Positions 9,799 to 19,600 of a DNA stretch of 64,000 bases are shown piece by piece (position 1 is the first letter of the stretch; each line of letters starts with the position of its first letter). The DNA is taken from the IMG/VR virus record IMGVR_UViG_3300028586_000003, positions 738 to 64,737 of that record, one strand, 5' to 3'. This DNA comes from a virus. Lineage: Duplodnaviria; Caudoviricetes. Below the pieces are notes generated by a model. The model was not told where the DNA came from. It searched no databases and was given only the letters and a program-made list of their open reading frames with translations. A program made the translations under genes and the position numbers.

Positions 9799-11082
9799 AT
9801 GCTTCGCAAACTACTACTCGCGGCGGTGATGCTTCTGGCGCCGCCTGTCGCCGCGCAGGACACGTTCAAGCCGGGCTTGCCCATCACCGACACCAACCCC
9901 GCGCCGCGCAAGAATATGTGCTGGAGCGGAACGGCCTACGTCATCTGTCCGACCGCGGGCACCACGCCGCGGCCGAGCGGCGCATCGGCCGACCAGGTGC
10001 AGGGAACGTCTGCAACTGGTGCGGCACCTGTCGGCAATCCCGACAGCATCGCCGGCATCGATATCAACGGCGCGACCCGGCCGATCCGTACAACGGTAGC
10101 CGGCGCCCCGTTGCTTGGGTCCAATGGTACACTTGCCGATGGTATCAATCTGTCCGTTGCATCAGGCATTGACGTCGCCGGGACATATCGTCCGCTCGGC
10201 GCTGCTTCGATGGTTTTCAACGGGTCCGGCTTTTTCTATTCGCGCGACGGCAACAGCGCCAGCGGAACTAGCGGAACCGGCCTGTTGGGCGTCGCAAATC
10301 TCGGTTGGGATGGCCTTGCCTATCGGCGCTTCCGAACGCTGGTAGATGGCTCGCAGGTCGTCGCCGAGATCGACGGCGGTGCTGTCACAGTCACTCCGTT
10401 GACCGCCGCTGGCGTCCTCTTCAGCGTGCAAACGACCGGCTATGCGGGTGTCAGCTACATCACGAACACCGGCTGGTCGGGGAGCACGATCCAGTTCGAA
10501 GGATCAAACGATTCGACCACCGGGACCGACGGTTTGTGGGTGACGATCGGGGCGCAAATCATTGCGAATGCTACGCCCGGCGGGTCGACGCAAAGTGCAG
10601 GCGCGGCGTTCTTTCTCCCGGCCGTGACGACGTGGGTTCGCGCTCGCGTCTCCGCTTATACATCCGGCACGATCGGCGGTAGTGCGGCTCTTCGTTCGCT
10701 GGCGCCGTTCTCAACGAACAACACGATCAATAACAATAAGGCTCTCTGGTTCACAGAAAGCAACGGCACGGTTTCGGTCGCTACTGGCACCAATCTTAAC
10801 GGCCTGTCGCGTGATACGGGCGTTGCTGGATCCGACTATCGCTATGCGAACTGGTCGTGCTTCGCCAACCCGACGGTCTCGAGCACCGGTGCGTTGCTGG
10901 TCGCGCAGGGCAGTCTCGATAACAGCAACTGGGTGACTACGCAGGTAGTTGCGGCCGCCACCGCGGGGCAAGCTTCGACGACGCAGAACGGTATTTTCTT
11001 CCGTTACAATCGCTGCATGTTTAACAATACCGGCGGCGGCGCGGCGACCAACGTATATCTCAACGGTCGCTACAGCGAATAA
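9799..11082 (+). CDS. Gly/Thr/Ser-rich protein with signal-peptide-like N-terminus
   Basis: MLRKLLLAAVMLLAPPVAA-QD; beta-rich composition; function unknown. Confidence 0.6.
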   Translation: MLRKLLLAAVMLLAPPVAAQDTFKPGLPITDTNPAPRKNMCWSGTAYVICPTAGTTPRPSGASADQVQGTSATGAAPVGNPDSIAGIDINGATRPIRTTVAGAPLLGSNGTLADGINLSVASGIDVAGTYRPLGAASMVFNGSGFFYSRDGNSASGTSGTGLLGVANLGWDGLAYRRFRTLVDGSQVVAEIDGGAVTVTPLTAAGVLFSVQTTGYAGVSYITNTGWSGSTIQFEGSNDSTTGTDGLWVTIGAQIIANATPGGSTQSAGAAFFLPAVTTWVRARVSAYTSGTIGGSAALRSLAPFSTNNTINNNKALWFTESNGTVSVATGTNLNGLSRDTGVAGSDYRYANWSCFANPTVSSTGALLVAQGSLDNSNWVTTQVVAAATAGQASTTQNGIFFRYNRCMFNNTGGGAATNVYLNGRYSE

Positions 11083-11106
11083 GAGACTTTGCCAGGGAGA
11101 AATGTG

Positions 11107-11631
11107 ATGAAATCGTTCTTAATTGCGGTTGCAGCATTGCTCGCGACAGCGCCTGCTAGTGGACAGGCTCTCGTCAATGGCGTCGCTCCTCTGTCCCCCG
11201 AAACGGCGGCGCGAATTGCGGACATCGAAAACAAGATCCCGGTTGCCGCTGATACTGTGCCACCGACAGAAATGCCCGGCGGCGCTCCAGGCGCCACGAT
11301 GACGTTTCGTCGCGGCGATGCGGCAAACCCGCGCATCACTCGCTCGGGTATATTTACCGTCTCCGGAACGACGGGATTGATCGGCGGCACCTGGTCGACG
11401 CCGCTACCCGCGGGCGCGTCGTCCTACCCGATGTTTTTCACCGGCATCGGTCCCGCCGGATCAATGGCGATCGACTGTATCGTGATCTCCTCGACCAACA
11501 CGGCGTTCTCGGCCCAATGCAGGCAGGGGATATTGACCCTCTCTCTGCTTAGTTCGCCGATCTCAATCCTCGCGCCAAATGGGACACAGGTCTATGCATT
11601 GGCGCTTCCAGCGACGCAGGTATCTCAATAA
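11107..11631 (+). CDS. Hypothetical protein with signal-peptide-like N-terminus
   Basis: MKSFLIAVAALLATAPASG-QA. Confidence 0.6.
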   Translation: MKSFLIAVAALLATAPASGQALVNGVAPLSPETAARIADIENKIPVAADTVPPTEMPGGAPGATMTFRRGDAANPRITRSGIFTVSGTTGLIGGTWSTPLPAGASSYPMFFTGIGPAGSMAIDCIVISSTNTAFSAQCRQGILTLSLLSSPISILAPNGTQVYALALPATQVSQ

Positions 11632-11647
11632 GCCGTATCTCGTCACG

Positions 11648-11683
11648 AAGGGCCGCCTGCGCTATGCGTCGGCGGCCTTTTTT
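11648..11683 (+). terminator. Rho-independent terminator
   Basis: GGCCGCC/GGCGGCC stem followed by TTTTTT. Confidence 0.8.
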
Positions 11684-11696
11684 GTGAGACGCGCCC

Positions 11697-12068
11697 ATGT
11701 CCCCGTTCGACAGCCTCTGGGATAAGTATTCGAAGATCCTAGACGACAACGTCGATCGAGGCGTCGGCGACCGGATCCGCTACCAGCGCGCGGGCGTGTG
11801 GCTCGGCGACACAGACCTTCCGCCGGCCGAACGCAGCATCCCCGGGTTCGTCCTGTTCTTCGGTGCGCCTCGCAACATTGACGAGATCGACGAAGGGCTC
11901 GGATCCCGGACGCGCGTCAAGGTGTCGATGGATCTCATCGGCACGGACGAACCGCTCCGGTCGGATCGGATCCAGCATCCCAAGCTCGGGCCGGGATCGT
12001 TCCAGCCCTCCGGAAGTATCCCCGAAACTGAAGGCCGCTACTGGATCTTCGACGTGCAGAAAGCTTGA
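11697..12068 (+). CDS. Head closure / head-tail joining protein (gpFII-like)
   Basis: Size, position, beta-rich ending EGRYWIFDVQK. Confidence 0.55.
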   Translation: MSPFDSLWDKYSKILDDNVDRGVGDRIRYQRAGVWLGDTDLPPAERSIPGFVLFFGAPRNIDEIDEGLGSRTRVKVSMDLIGTDEPLRSDRIQHPKLGPGSFQPSGSIPETEGRYWIFDVQKA

Positions 12069-12589
12069 TGATGATGCTGCAGACCCCGCCGCCTATCCGC
12101 CTCCTTCGCATGATGGCCGATCGCGGCCGTGCCGCCGACTTCCGCCAGGCGGGCATTGTCAGCAAGGCGGTCAAGGTGCGCCACGCGCGCAATCGCAATC
12201 CTGTCCGCGGCGAGAAGCCCGCGGTAACTCTCATCCTGGTATCCGACGAGCCGCAACCGACCGAGCTACAGCGCAATGAGTGGGAGCTTGTGCGCGAGAT
12301 GGTCGTCGACGTGCAGGCAGACGTAGATCTCGAAACTGAAGAGAGCGGCGTAGACGACACCGGGATGGAAGTCCTGATGCTTGTCATCGCCGTATTCGTC
12401 GACTCTCTCCGCGATCAAAATGTCCCTTCGTGGCTCGGCGGCTACTGCGACTGGATTAGCATCGGGGCGCTCGAGCCGGACGATCGCAGCACGCCAGATG
12501 AAGGGCGCATGACGCGCGCATTGTCTGTGCTATATCGCGTGCGCTCGGACGATGAGAACGTCCTTCTAGCCGCAGGAGAAAACGGATGA
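12065..12589 (+). CDS. Tail terminator/completion protein (putative)
   Basis: Acidic 174 aa upstream of tail tube; synteny. Confidence 0.5.
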   Translation: MMMMLQTPPPIRLLRMMADRGRAADFRQAGIVSKAVKVRHARNRNPVRGEKPAVTLILVSDEPQPTELQRNEWELVREMVVDVQADVDLETEESGVDDTGMEVLMLVIAVFVDSLRDQNVPSWLGGYCDWISIGALEPDDRSTPDEGRMTRALSVLYRVRSDDENVLLAAGENG

Positions 12590-12951
12590 GCGACCCAAAT
12601 TCCAGCCCGGTGACCCTGCCGGCTGGCAGCTATGACATGGAGGCCCTGCAAAAGGATCTCGATCGTGCTGCGAAGGGCAAGGCCGCCGACTATACGGAGA
12701 ACGTCGAAAAGGCGATCGACACCGCGTCGGATAACGTCGCCAAAGAGCAAGACGCTCGGGACATCCCCGGGTACAAGTTCGTCGAGGTCGCCAATAAGGA
12801 TCTCGGCGTGAAGGAAACGATCCAGGTCTACGACGCCAAGAAGGCGGATAAGCTTGGGCTCGACGGTAGCGACGAACGCGCCGACCTCACCAACCAACAG
12901 GCAGAGGTTGCCGCTGATGCGGTTGCCGTCGCCGACAGCCCGAAGGAGTAA
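12586..12951 (+). CDS. Hypothetical virion-module protein
   Basis: Overlapping start, genome-typical codon usage. Confidence 0.55.
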   Translation: MSDPNSSPVTLPAGSYDMEALQKDLDRAAKGKAADYTENVEKAIDTASDNVAKEQDARDIPGYKFVEVANKDLGVKETIQVYDAKKADKLGLDGSDERADLTNQQAEVAADAVAVADSPKE

Positions 12952-12956
12952 GTAAC

Positions 12957-14162
12957 TTGGCTTGGAACCATCGCTCTCGTGTCGTTGCGATGGCGGTCGC
13001 TTTGCAGGCGACCGTCGGCACGTTCGTACAGCCGGCGGTCGCGACCGACCTGCTCGCCGTCTCGGCACCCACCAACACCACGGCCGTAATCTCGGTAGAC
13101 GATCCCACGTCGACCGGCGCCATCTGGGAATCGGCTCGCGTCTATCTCGGCAAGCAGTCGACGCTCGGCGCTACGTTCCCGATGCGCGGTCCGGGCGGTG
13201 CGGCACCTCCGGCCGCAAACGCGTGGCCGATGGGCCGCATCATGCAGACGGCGGGTTGGGCCGAACAGCGACTGGCGGCGGCTCGCACCGCGGCGGTTGC
13301 GGGCGGCACCACCACGACGTTCCTGCTCGCTAACACGGAGTCCGCGGTCGACGACTTCCTGCTCGGCGCTCCGCTGCAGCACACCACGACCGGCCCGGGT
13401 AACGGCGCGGCGGGGACGACGATCATCCGCGACTATATCGGTGCGTCGAAGACCGCGCTGCTTGGCGAGACCTTGGCATCAGCACCGGCCGCCGCGTCCA
13501 ACTACACCATCCCGGCGTATCTGTCGTACGTGCTCGGCACCCTGACCACGCCGCCGCCTGTCGCGTCGGTGTCCATCTGGCGTGACAAGAAGCGGTACGA
13601 CTACCGCGACTGGGCCCCCGCCTCGCTCGCCGTGACCATCCCGGTTGCGAACGAAGCCAACACCAGCTTCCCGGACATTACGTTCTCTGGGCGCGGTACG
13701 GTCGTGGCGATCGTCGACGACACCACGCCGGTCCTGCCGACGTCGATCCTCGCGGTCCCTGTGGCACCTGCCCGCAACGGCAAGTTCTACCTCGACCGCG
13801 TGAAGCTCGGTCATCAGTCGCTGTCCTTTACGGAAGCGACGACCCTCGCGGCGGCTTCGAACCAGAACCAGGCCGCCGGCCAGGACGGGTTCGACATCAT
13901 CTCGGGTTCGCGCACCACGGCGCTCGACCTCAACCAGATGGCGGTCACCGACTTCGACCTCCACGGCCGAGAGGATCTTCAGACGGTCATGCCGGTCATG
14001 TCCACCTGGGGTCTCGGCTCGGGGAACAACTGGGGCTTCATCGAGCCGAACATCGTGCTCAACCCCTTCAGCCCTGGCGACCGCAACGGCTACGTCAACC
14101 TGACCGGCGACGCCGTGACGGTGGACGTCGACAAGGCGGCGGCGCTGACGCTCTGGTGGTGA
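12957..14162 (+). CDS. Major tail tube protein
   Basis: 401 aa Thr/Ala-rich, followed by stabilising hairpin and the chaperone gene. Confidence 0.7.
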   Translation: MAWNHRSRVVAMAVALQATVGTFVQPAVATDLLAVSAPTNTTAVISVDDPTSTGAIWESARVYLGKQSTLGATFPMRGPGGAAPPAANAWPMGRIMQTAGWAEQRLAAARTAAVAGGTTTTFLLANTESAVDDFLLGAPLQHTTTGPGNGAAGTTIIRDYIGASKTALLGETLASAPAAASNYTIPAYLSYVLGTLTTPPPVASVSIWRDKKRYDYRDWAPASLAVTIPVANEANTSFPDITFSGRGTVVAIVDDTTPVLPTSILAVPVAPARNGKFYLDRVKLGHQSLSFTEATTLAAASNQNQAAGQDGFDIISGSRTTALDLNQMAVTDFDLHGREDLQTVMPVMSTWGLGSGNNWGFIEPNIVLNPFSPGDRNGYVNLTGDAVTVDVDKAAALTLWW

Positions 14163-14207
14163 TTTATTATCGCTAGTGCCGACTCGGCCAGCGATCTAGT
14201 AATGCCG

Positions 14208-14236
14208 GGCCCGGTGGAGCAATCCGCCGGGCCTTC
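14208..14236 (+). terminator. GCAA-capped hairpin after tail tube gene
   Basis: GGCCCGGTGGA-GCAA-TCCGCCGGGCC; weak U tract. Confidence 0.55.
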
Positions 14237-14254
14237 GCACATCAGGAGGCCATA

Positions 14255-15433
14255 TTGACCACAGCACCATACATTCACGCGACGGCACTGCAGCCGATCG
14301 AGTTCATTCCGAGCGTGCAGGACGTCGACGCATTTACCCGCCGACGCATGGCGATCGTCGAGAAGGATGAGCAGGCGATCGCGCGCCGCATCACCGCTCT
14401 AAACATTAAGCGGCGCGAAGGCCGCATTGACAGCGAGCGGGACAATCCCGGTTGCGAGGAAGAAGCCGACGCGATCGAGAAGGAGAAGATGCGCATCGCT
14501 GACGATCGTCTCTACGTCGAGAGCAGCATCATCAGCATGCGCGAGAAGTACCCGACGCCGCAGCGGTTCACGATCGCGGTGCCGACGACCGTAGAGCGTG
14601 AACAGATTAGCTCGCGCCTAGTGTCGATGGGACTCACACAGGTCACGCAAGAGCAGATCCGCGCGACCATGATCGAGGAACTCTATAACGTCGACTGGCG
14701 GCCAGAAGGTCACGAAGGCGAGTGGGATCCGCTGGAGAACGAAGCGGTCGCCGAAGACAAGGCGAACTTCCTCGACGGGTGCTGGCTCCGCCAGACGGCG
14801 CACGACAACGCGATCGATCAATGGAACGAACAAGAGATCGAGCGCATCACCGATGAGGCAGAGGGTGCGCCGCCGCGCCCGCGTGCCGAACTACCGCCGA
14901 AGATCATTACCGTCCGTGAGAGCGCCCGCATGGAGCTCACTGTCGCGGACATGATGATGCGTAGTCAGAAGCTCCGGAACCTCGCCGCGGCGAACATGGA
15001 TTTCTCGCGCCGCAACGCGATGCTCCTGCTCCGGATCCACGTCATGGCGGTGAACTTCGAGACGGGCGTGCCGATCGAGCGCGACCGGTTCACGCGTGCG
15101 ATCTCCCTCGAGGCGGTCAACGCCCTCCGGGAGAAGGTCGACGATACGTCTTGGGATGAACTGGTGACGTTCGTGAACCGGCTCTACATCCTGGATGGGG
15201 GTGAGGAAAAAAACTCCGGCTCGCGGCACGAGAATCTGCCGCTCCCCAGTGGTTCGACCGAACCGAGCGTAGGCCAGGCCGACAGTGGTGGGAGTTCGAC
15301 GACATCGTCTTCTACACCAGCCCCCGACGTCGGATCCGAGAAGACCACCGACAGGTCGTCCGACTCTACCATCGCCTCCGAAGCGGCACCGGAATCGAGT
15401 CCGGCGAAGCCTTCCCTGACGGTCGTGGACTGA
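14255..15433 (+). CDS. Tail assembly chaperone (gpG-like)
   Basis: TTG start after GGAGG; contains slippery site A_AAA_AAC. Confidence 0.7.
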   Translation: MTTAPYIHATALQPIEFIPSVQDVDAFTRRRMAIVEKDEQAIARRITALNIKRREGRIDSERDNPGCEEEADAIEKEKMRIADDRLYVESSIISMREKYPTPQRFTIAVPTTVEREQISSRLVSMGLTQVTQEQIRATMIEELYNVDWRPEGHEGEWDPLENEAVAEDKANFLDGCWLRQTAHDNAIDQWNEQEIERITDEAEGAPPRPRAELPPKIITVRESARMELTVADMMMRSQKLRNLAAANMDFSRRNAMLLLRIHVMAVNFETGVPIERDRFTRAISLEAVNALREKVDDTSWDELVTFVNRLYILDGGEEKNSGSRHENLPLPSGSTEPSVGQADSGGSSTTSSSTPAPDVGSEKTTDRSSDSTIASEAAPESSPAKPSLTVVD

Positions 15434-15513
15434 TCCACCAACCGGTGCGCCTGCTCCGCGCCCTGGACATAGTCGCCAACTATTTCGAGGCGGAGCCGGA
15501 GCCACGGGAATGA
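15208..15513 (+). other. Programmed -1 frameshift site and gpT-like extension
   Basis: In-frame heptamer A AAA AAC (15208-15214), hairpin GCGGCA/TGCCGC 8 nt downstream; -1 frame open to TGA 15511-15513 (KKLRLAARESAAPQWFD...AFPDGRGLIHQPVRLLRALDIVANYF). Confidence 0.85.
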
Positions 15514-16208
15514 AGTTCACTGCAGGTATCAAGATAGACCCGGGCAAGGTCTACACAGGGGCGGCGGCGGCGTACCGAAAGGATCTACGCGCCGCCGCCA
15601 TTATCGCAACTGACCGCGCGTCCAAGGATGCGCAGCGCGGGGTGCAGGAGAGGATCCAGAGCGTCGGTCTCGGACGCCTCTCCCGCGCCGTCGGACAGAC
15701 CAGCACCAAGCGAGAGCGGAACAAGGGCGATCCCTACGGCGTGATCTTCGCGCGCGGCGGGGACGAAAGCCTCGCGGGCGGCGCGCTCGAATCCTACAGC
15801 CGCGGATCCACGATCCGCCCCGGGCCCGGCAAGCAGTGGCTGACGTTCCCGACGAAGGCCGTGCCGCGGTTCGTCATGTCGGGCGGCCGTCGCGTTCGCA
15901 CGACGCCGGAGACCTATCGTAACAGCGGCCTCACCACGACGATCGGACCGCTGGAGTTCCGGCCGCTCGGCGACAACAAGGCCATCTGGGTTATCAAGCG
16001 CGTGTCGCTGTCACCGAAGACCGGGCGCGCAAAAGCGCTCGGACCTCGCCGCACGCGAACGCGAATCGTCGCCAAGGAAGTGATCGCGTTCGTCGGCATC
16101 CGGGTCACACGACGGGCGGCGCGGTTCAACAAGGATGGTGTCGTCGGCTTCTACGCGCGCCGGGTGCCGCAATACATGCAGGAAGCTCTTGCGGAATTGC
16201 GCAAGTAG
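15510..16208 (+). CDS. Basic tail completion protein (gpZ / HK97 gp10-like, putative)
   Basis: Arg-rich, ATGA-coupled to the gpT-frame stop; TIRPGPGKQWLTFPT segment. Confidence 0.5.
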   Translation: MKFTAGIKIDPGKVYTGAAAAYRKDLRAAAIIATDRASKDAQRGVQERIQSVGLGRLSRAVGQTSTKRERNKGDPYGVIFARGGDESLAGGALESYSRGSTIRPGPGKQWLTFPTKAVPRFVMSGGRRVRTTPETYRNSGLTTTIGPLEFRPLGDNKAIWVIKRVSLSPKTGRAKALGPRRTRTRIVAKEVIAFVGIRVTRRAARFNKDGVVGFYARRVPQYMQEALAELRK

Positions 16209-16296
16209 AGCGCATATCGTGCGCAGCAGCGGGTGGCGGTGTCCCATGACGGTCACCCGATGTCAGCACCGGTGGATGCTTCCCACTGACGTAGCG

Positions 16297-16331
16297 CGGG
16301 CCCCGAGTTGATCCGGGGCCCGTTTCGTATT
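16297..16331 (+). terminator. Rho-independent terminator
   Basis: CGGGCCCCG/CGGGGCCCG stem then TTTCGTATTT. Confidence 0.7.
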
Positions 16332-16359
16332 TGCATAATTCACCGGGGTTTTGCATAAA
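16331..16359 (+). promoter_or_regulatory. Candidate sigma70-type promoter with direct repeat
   Basis: TTGCAT-N17-CATAAA; TTGCATAA repeated at 16331 and 16351. Confidence 0.35.
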
Positions 16360-16442
16360 GCCACAGCGGATGATGTCTGTAGGGCTCCCTGCGGGAGACA
16401 TCACGGGAGGGGGTATGGACGCCCCCGACTGGCCCACCTCAT

Positions 16443-16529
16443 GCCGCGGTAGTTCAGTCCGGTAGAACACAACGGCCGCTTTCGGGCGGTGTCAGTAGGG
16501 GGCCGGCGGTTCAAATCCGCCTCGCGGCA
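16443..16529 (+). ncRNA. tRNA-like RNA lacking a canonical anticodon arm
   Basis: Acceptor GCCGCGG/TCGCGGC, U8-A9, D arm GTTC-AGTCCGGTA-GAAC, T arm GGCGG-TTCAAAT-CCGCC, G15/C48, discriminator A, no CCA; 35-nt central part folds as an irregular helix capped by UUCG. Confidence 0.85.
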
Positions 16530-16534
16530 AACAG

Positions 16535-16562
16535 ACGGCGTCACTGGCAACGGTGGCGCCGT
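16535..16562 (+). promoter_or_regulatory. 12-bp GNRA-capped hairpin in tape measure leader
   Basis: ACGGCGTCACTG-GCAA-CGGTGGCGCCGT. Confidence 0.6.
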
Positions 16563-16604
16563 TCGCGTATCCCGACATAGCCATCGACCGCGTACCAGGG
16601 AGCT

Positions 16605-19600
16605 ATGCCTGTGCGCGCCGCTACGTTCACGACCTACATCAATGCCCAAGAAGATCCCGGTCTCGAGGCGGCCTTCAAGCGCCAGGCGACGATTGCCACC
16701 TCGAGCTATGCCACCATCACGCGCGCCGCAGAGCAGGCCACCCGTGCGACTGCCAATCTTCTAGGTGGGCGCGGCACCACGGGCGCGGCGGCGGCGACCA
16801 CCGCCCTCACACAGCGCACGGCAGCGACCCGGACGATGGTCACCGCGGCGGCGGAAGCGGAGCGCGCGACGACCCGGCTGGCGACTGCCACGCGCCGGCA
16901 AGCGAGCGAGACCACCACCGCCGCCAATCGACAGCGCGGGTTCGCCGCCAGCCTGACCACCACGTCGACCGCGTTGAACGTGGTGTCCGGTCGACTCGAT
17001 CCGGTCTCGAGCCGCATCAGTACGCTCGCCCGGGCGGTCACGGATCTCACCGGCCTGCAGCTTGGTCTAGCGGCGTTCGGCGCCACCGTGTTCGCGCTCG
17101 GCCGCACCGCCAGCACCTATGCGAACCTCGAGGCGCGGGTGCGCCCGTTCTTCGATACGCAGAAGTCCGTCAACACGGCGATGAACGACATCATCGGGAT
17201 CGCGCAGCGGTCGCGCAGCGCGCTCGAGCCCGTCGTCGACGTCTACACCCGCCTGACCACCGTCGGGCAAAACATTGGTCTCACGCGGCGCAGCATCGGG
17301 CAGGTCACCGAACTCGCCACGAAGGCGACGGCTGTCGGCGGCGGTAGCTCCCAGGCGCGCGACGCGGCGCTAACACAGTTCGGCCAGGCACTGTCCGGCG
17401 ACTTCAAGTCCGCGGGCCAGGAGATCAACTCGCTGAAGGAGCAGGCGCCCGTCCTCTTCCAAGCGATCCTGAAGGGCTACAAGGATGCCGATGGGACGAT
17501 CGGTGTCTCGCTAGGCAAGTTCAAACAACTTGCCGAAGCCGGGAAGCTGTCAACGGAACAAGTGCTGGATGCGCTGCGCCGCTCGGCATCGTACATCGAC
17601 CAGATGGCGGCGCGCGTGCCGAACACGCTGTCGAAGGCGGGGACGGACTTCAGCAACTCGCTCACGGTGCAGGTCGGCCGGATCGACCAGACCATCGGCT
17701 TCACCTCGACCCTCGCCGATGGTTTGACGCTGGTCGCGCAGAACCTGCGCGTCATCATCGCCCTCGCCGGCGGCGCGATCACCGCGTTCGCTGCGATCAA
17801 GCTCGGCGGGCTGGTTTCGGAGGGTGCCACCGCGGCGCAATCGTTCCTCGCCCTGCGCGCCAATGCCGTAGCGCTTGCCGAGACGCGCAAGGTATCCGCC
17901 GCGGCATCCCTCGCGCAGCATCAGCGTGAGATCGCCGCGCTTGCCGCGGAGCAGGTGCAGATCACCGAAGCGATAGCGCTCGAGCGGCAACGTCAGGCGC
18001 TCGCCCGCACCGATATCCGCCGCGCCACGTTCGACGTTGTGCCTGGACAGGTGGGGCCTTCACGTCAGCAGATCGCGGCCGAAAAGGAGCTTGGATCTTC
18101 GCTGAAGGAGTCGGCCGCTCTTCGCCAGCGCGCGACCGTCATCACCGAAGCAAGCGTAGCAGCGAATGCGCGCGCCGCCGCCTCAACGCAGTCGCTTGCC
18201 CGCGCATCGTCGTTCGCCGGTAAGCAGGTCGGCCTACTGCGCGGAGCCGCCGGCGGTCTCGTGTCGTTCCTTGGTGGCCCGTGGGGCATCGCATTCGCTC
18301 TCGCCGCGACCGCCGTCTACCTCCTCGCCACCGCGGAGTCGGCGGCGGAGATCGCAACGCGCAAGCATGAGGACGCGCAGCGGAGCTTCGCCAACGTCAT
18401 CGATCGCGGCACCGGTAAGATCTACGACCAGGTGGGCGCACTGCAGCGTCTGGCCGTGCAGCAGAAGGTCACGGACAGCGGCCGCGCATCGATCGCGCAG
18501 TTCAACTCCAACCGGACCACTATCGGCACGACCGTCGCACGCGCGGCCAACCTGTCGAACACGCAAGAGAACGATCGCACGCCCGAGCAGCGTCGCGTCG
18601 CCGCCGCGCTTGCCGCATTCCAGCGTGGCGAGAAGGGATCCCTTCCGGCCCTTCAGGGTGTGTTGGCAGACCAAGGCGTTCGCCGTGCGGTCCCCGGGCT
18701 GGCGGGTGCAACGCAGGATCTCGGCGGTCTCTTCGACAACCTGCGCAAGAACATCGACGACGTCGGGCAGGCGGCGGCATCGCGGCGCGTCATTCAGGGG
18801 CGTGCGCGTGACGGGGATCTCAACCGTGCGTTCGGCGAGCCGGTCAAGACCACCGGCAACGGAACGAAGGCGCGTTCGAAGTCACAGATCGATGCGGATG
18901 CCCGGGCGGAGGCGGCGCAGACCGAAGTGCAGCGTGCTCGCGCCGCGCTCGCGCAGACCAAGGCGAACGGCAAGAACGCGGGCGAGGATGACGCCGCGTA
19001 TCAACACCGTCTCGCGGCGGCCTATCAGGCTGTCACATCGGCGGTCTCCAGCCAGGCCGCGGCCCGCAAGTCTGCATCGGAGGGGCGCACGGCGGAGCGA
19101 AAGGCCGCACGCGATGCCGTCCAAGACGCGAAGGATGAAGCGCTCGCGCGGCGCGACGCGGCCAGCGAAGCGCTCCTGAAGTCAAATCCTGACACGAACT
19201 CGCAGGCGTTTCTCGATGCGCGCATCAAGATCCTCCAGACCTATGACGATGAGATCAACAAGATCGACGCGTCAGCGGCGGCGTCGCATAGCGCATCCAG
19301 TCAGCGGCTTGCCGACCTCGAGCGCGAAGAGAAGGCCGCGCCCGGCCGCGGTGAGAAGCGTCGCGACATTCTCGGCAACTATGACGAAGCCCCGAAGGCG
19401 ATCGACAAGGCGCGGGACCAGATCGACGACCTGCAGAAGAACATCGGTCATCTGGTCGACGGCATCGCAGAGGTATCGGACGCCAACCCGCTCGGCCGTG
19501 GTCTCTACACGAAGGAGATCGCGGACGCCGATGCGCAGCGGATCCAGCAAGGTCTCCGTAAGCCGATCAACGACCTGTTCCGCGACCAGGAGCGCGCGAT

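Noticed and set aside
16443-16529. Calling the element a normal tRNA with anticodon TTT, TTC or TCG
   Set aside because: No register gives a 5-bp stem with a 7-nt loop at position 27-43; the stable hairpin closes a 4- or 6-nt loop and is displaced
16534-16600. HDV-like (theta) ribozyme after the tRNA-like RNA, suggested by a G.U-closed GACGGCG/CGCCGTT helix
   Set aside because: Only 16 nt lie inside the helix and they form a simple GCAA hairpin; no room for P2/P3/L3
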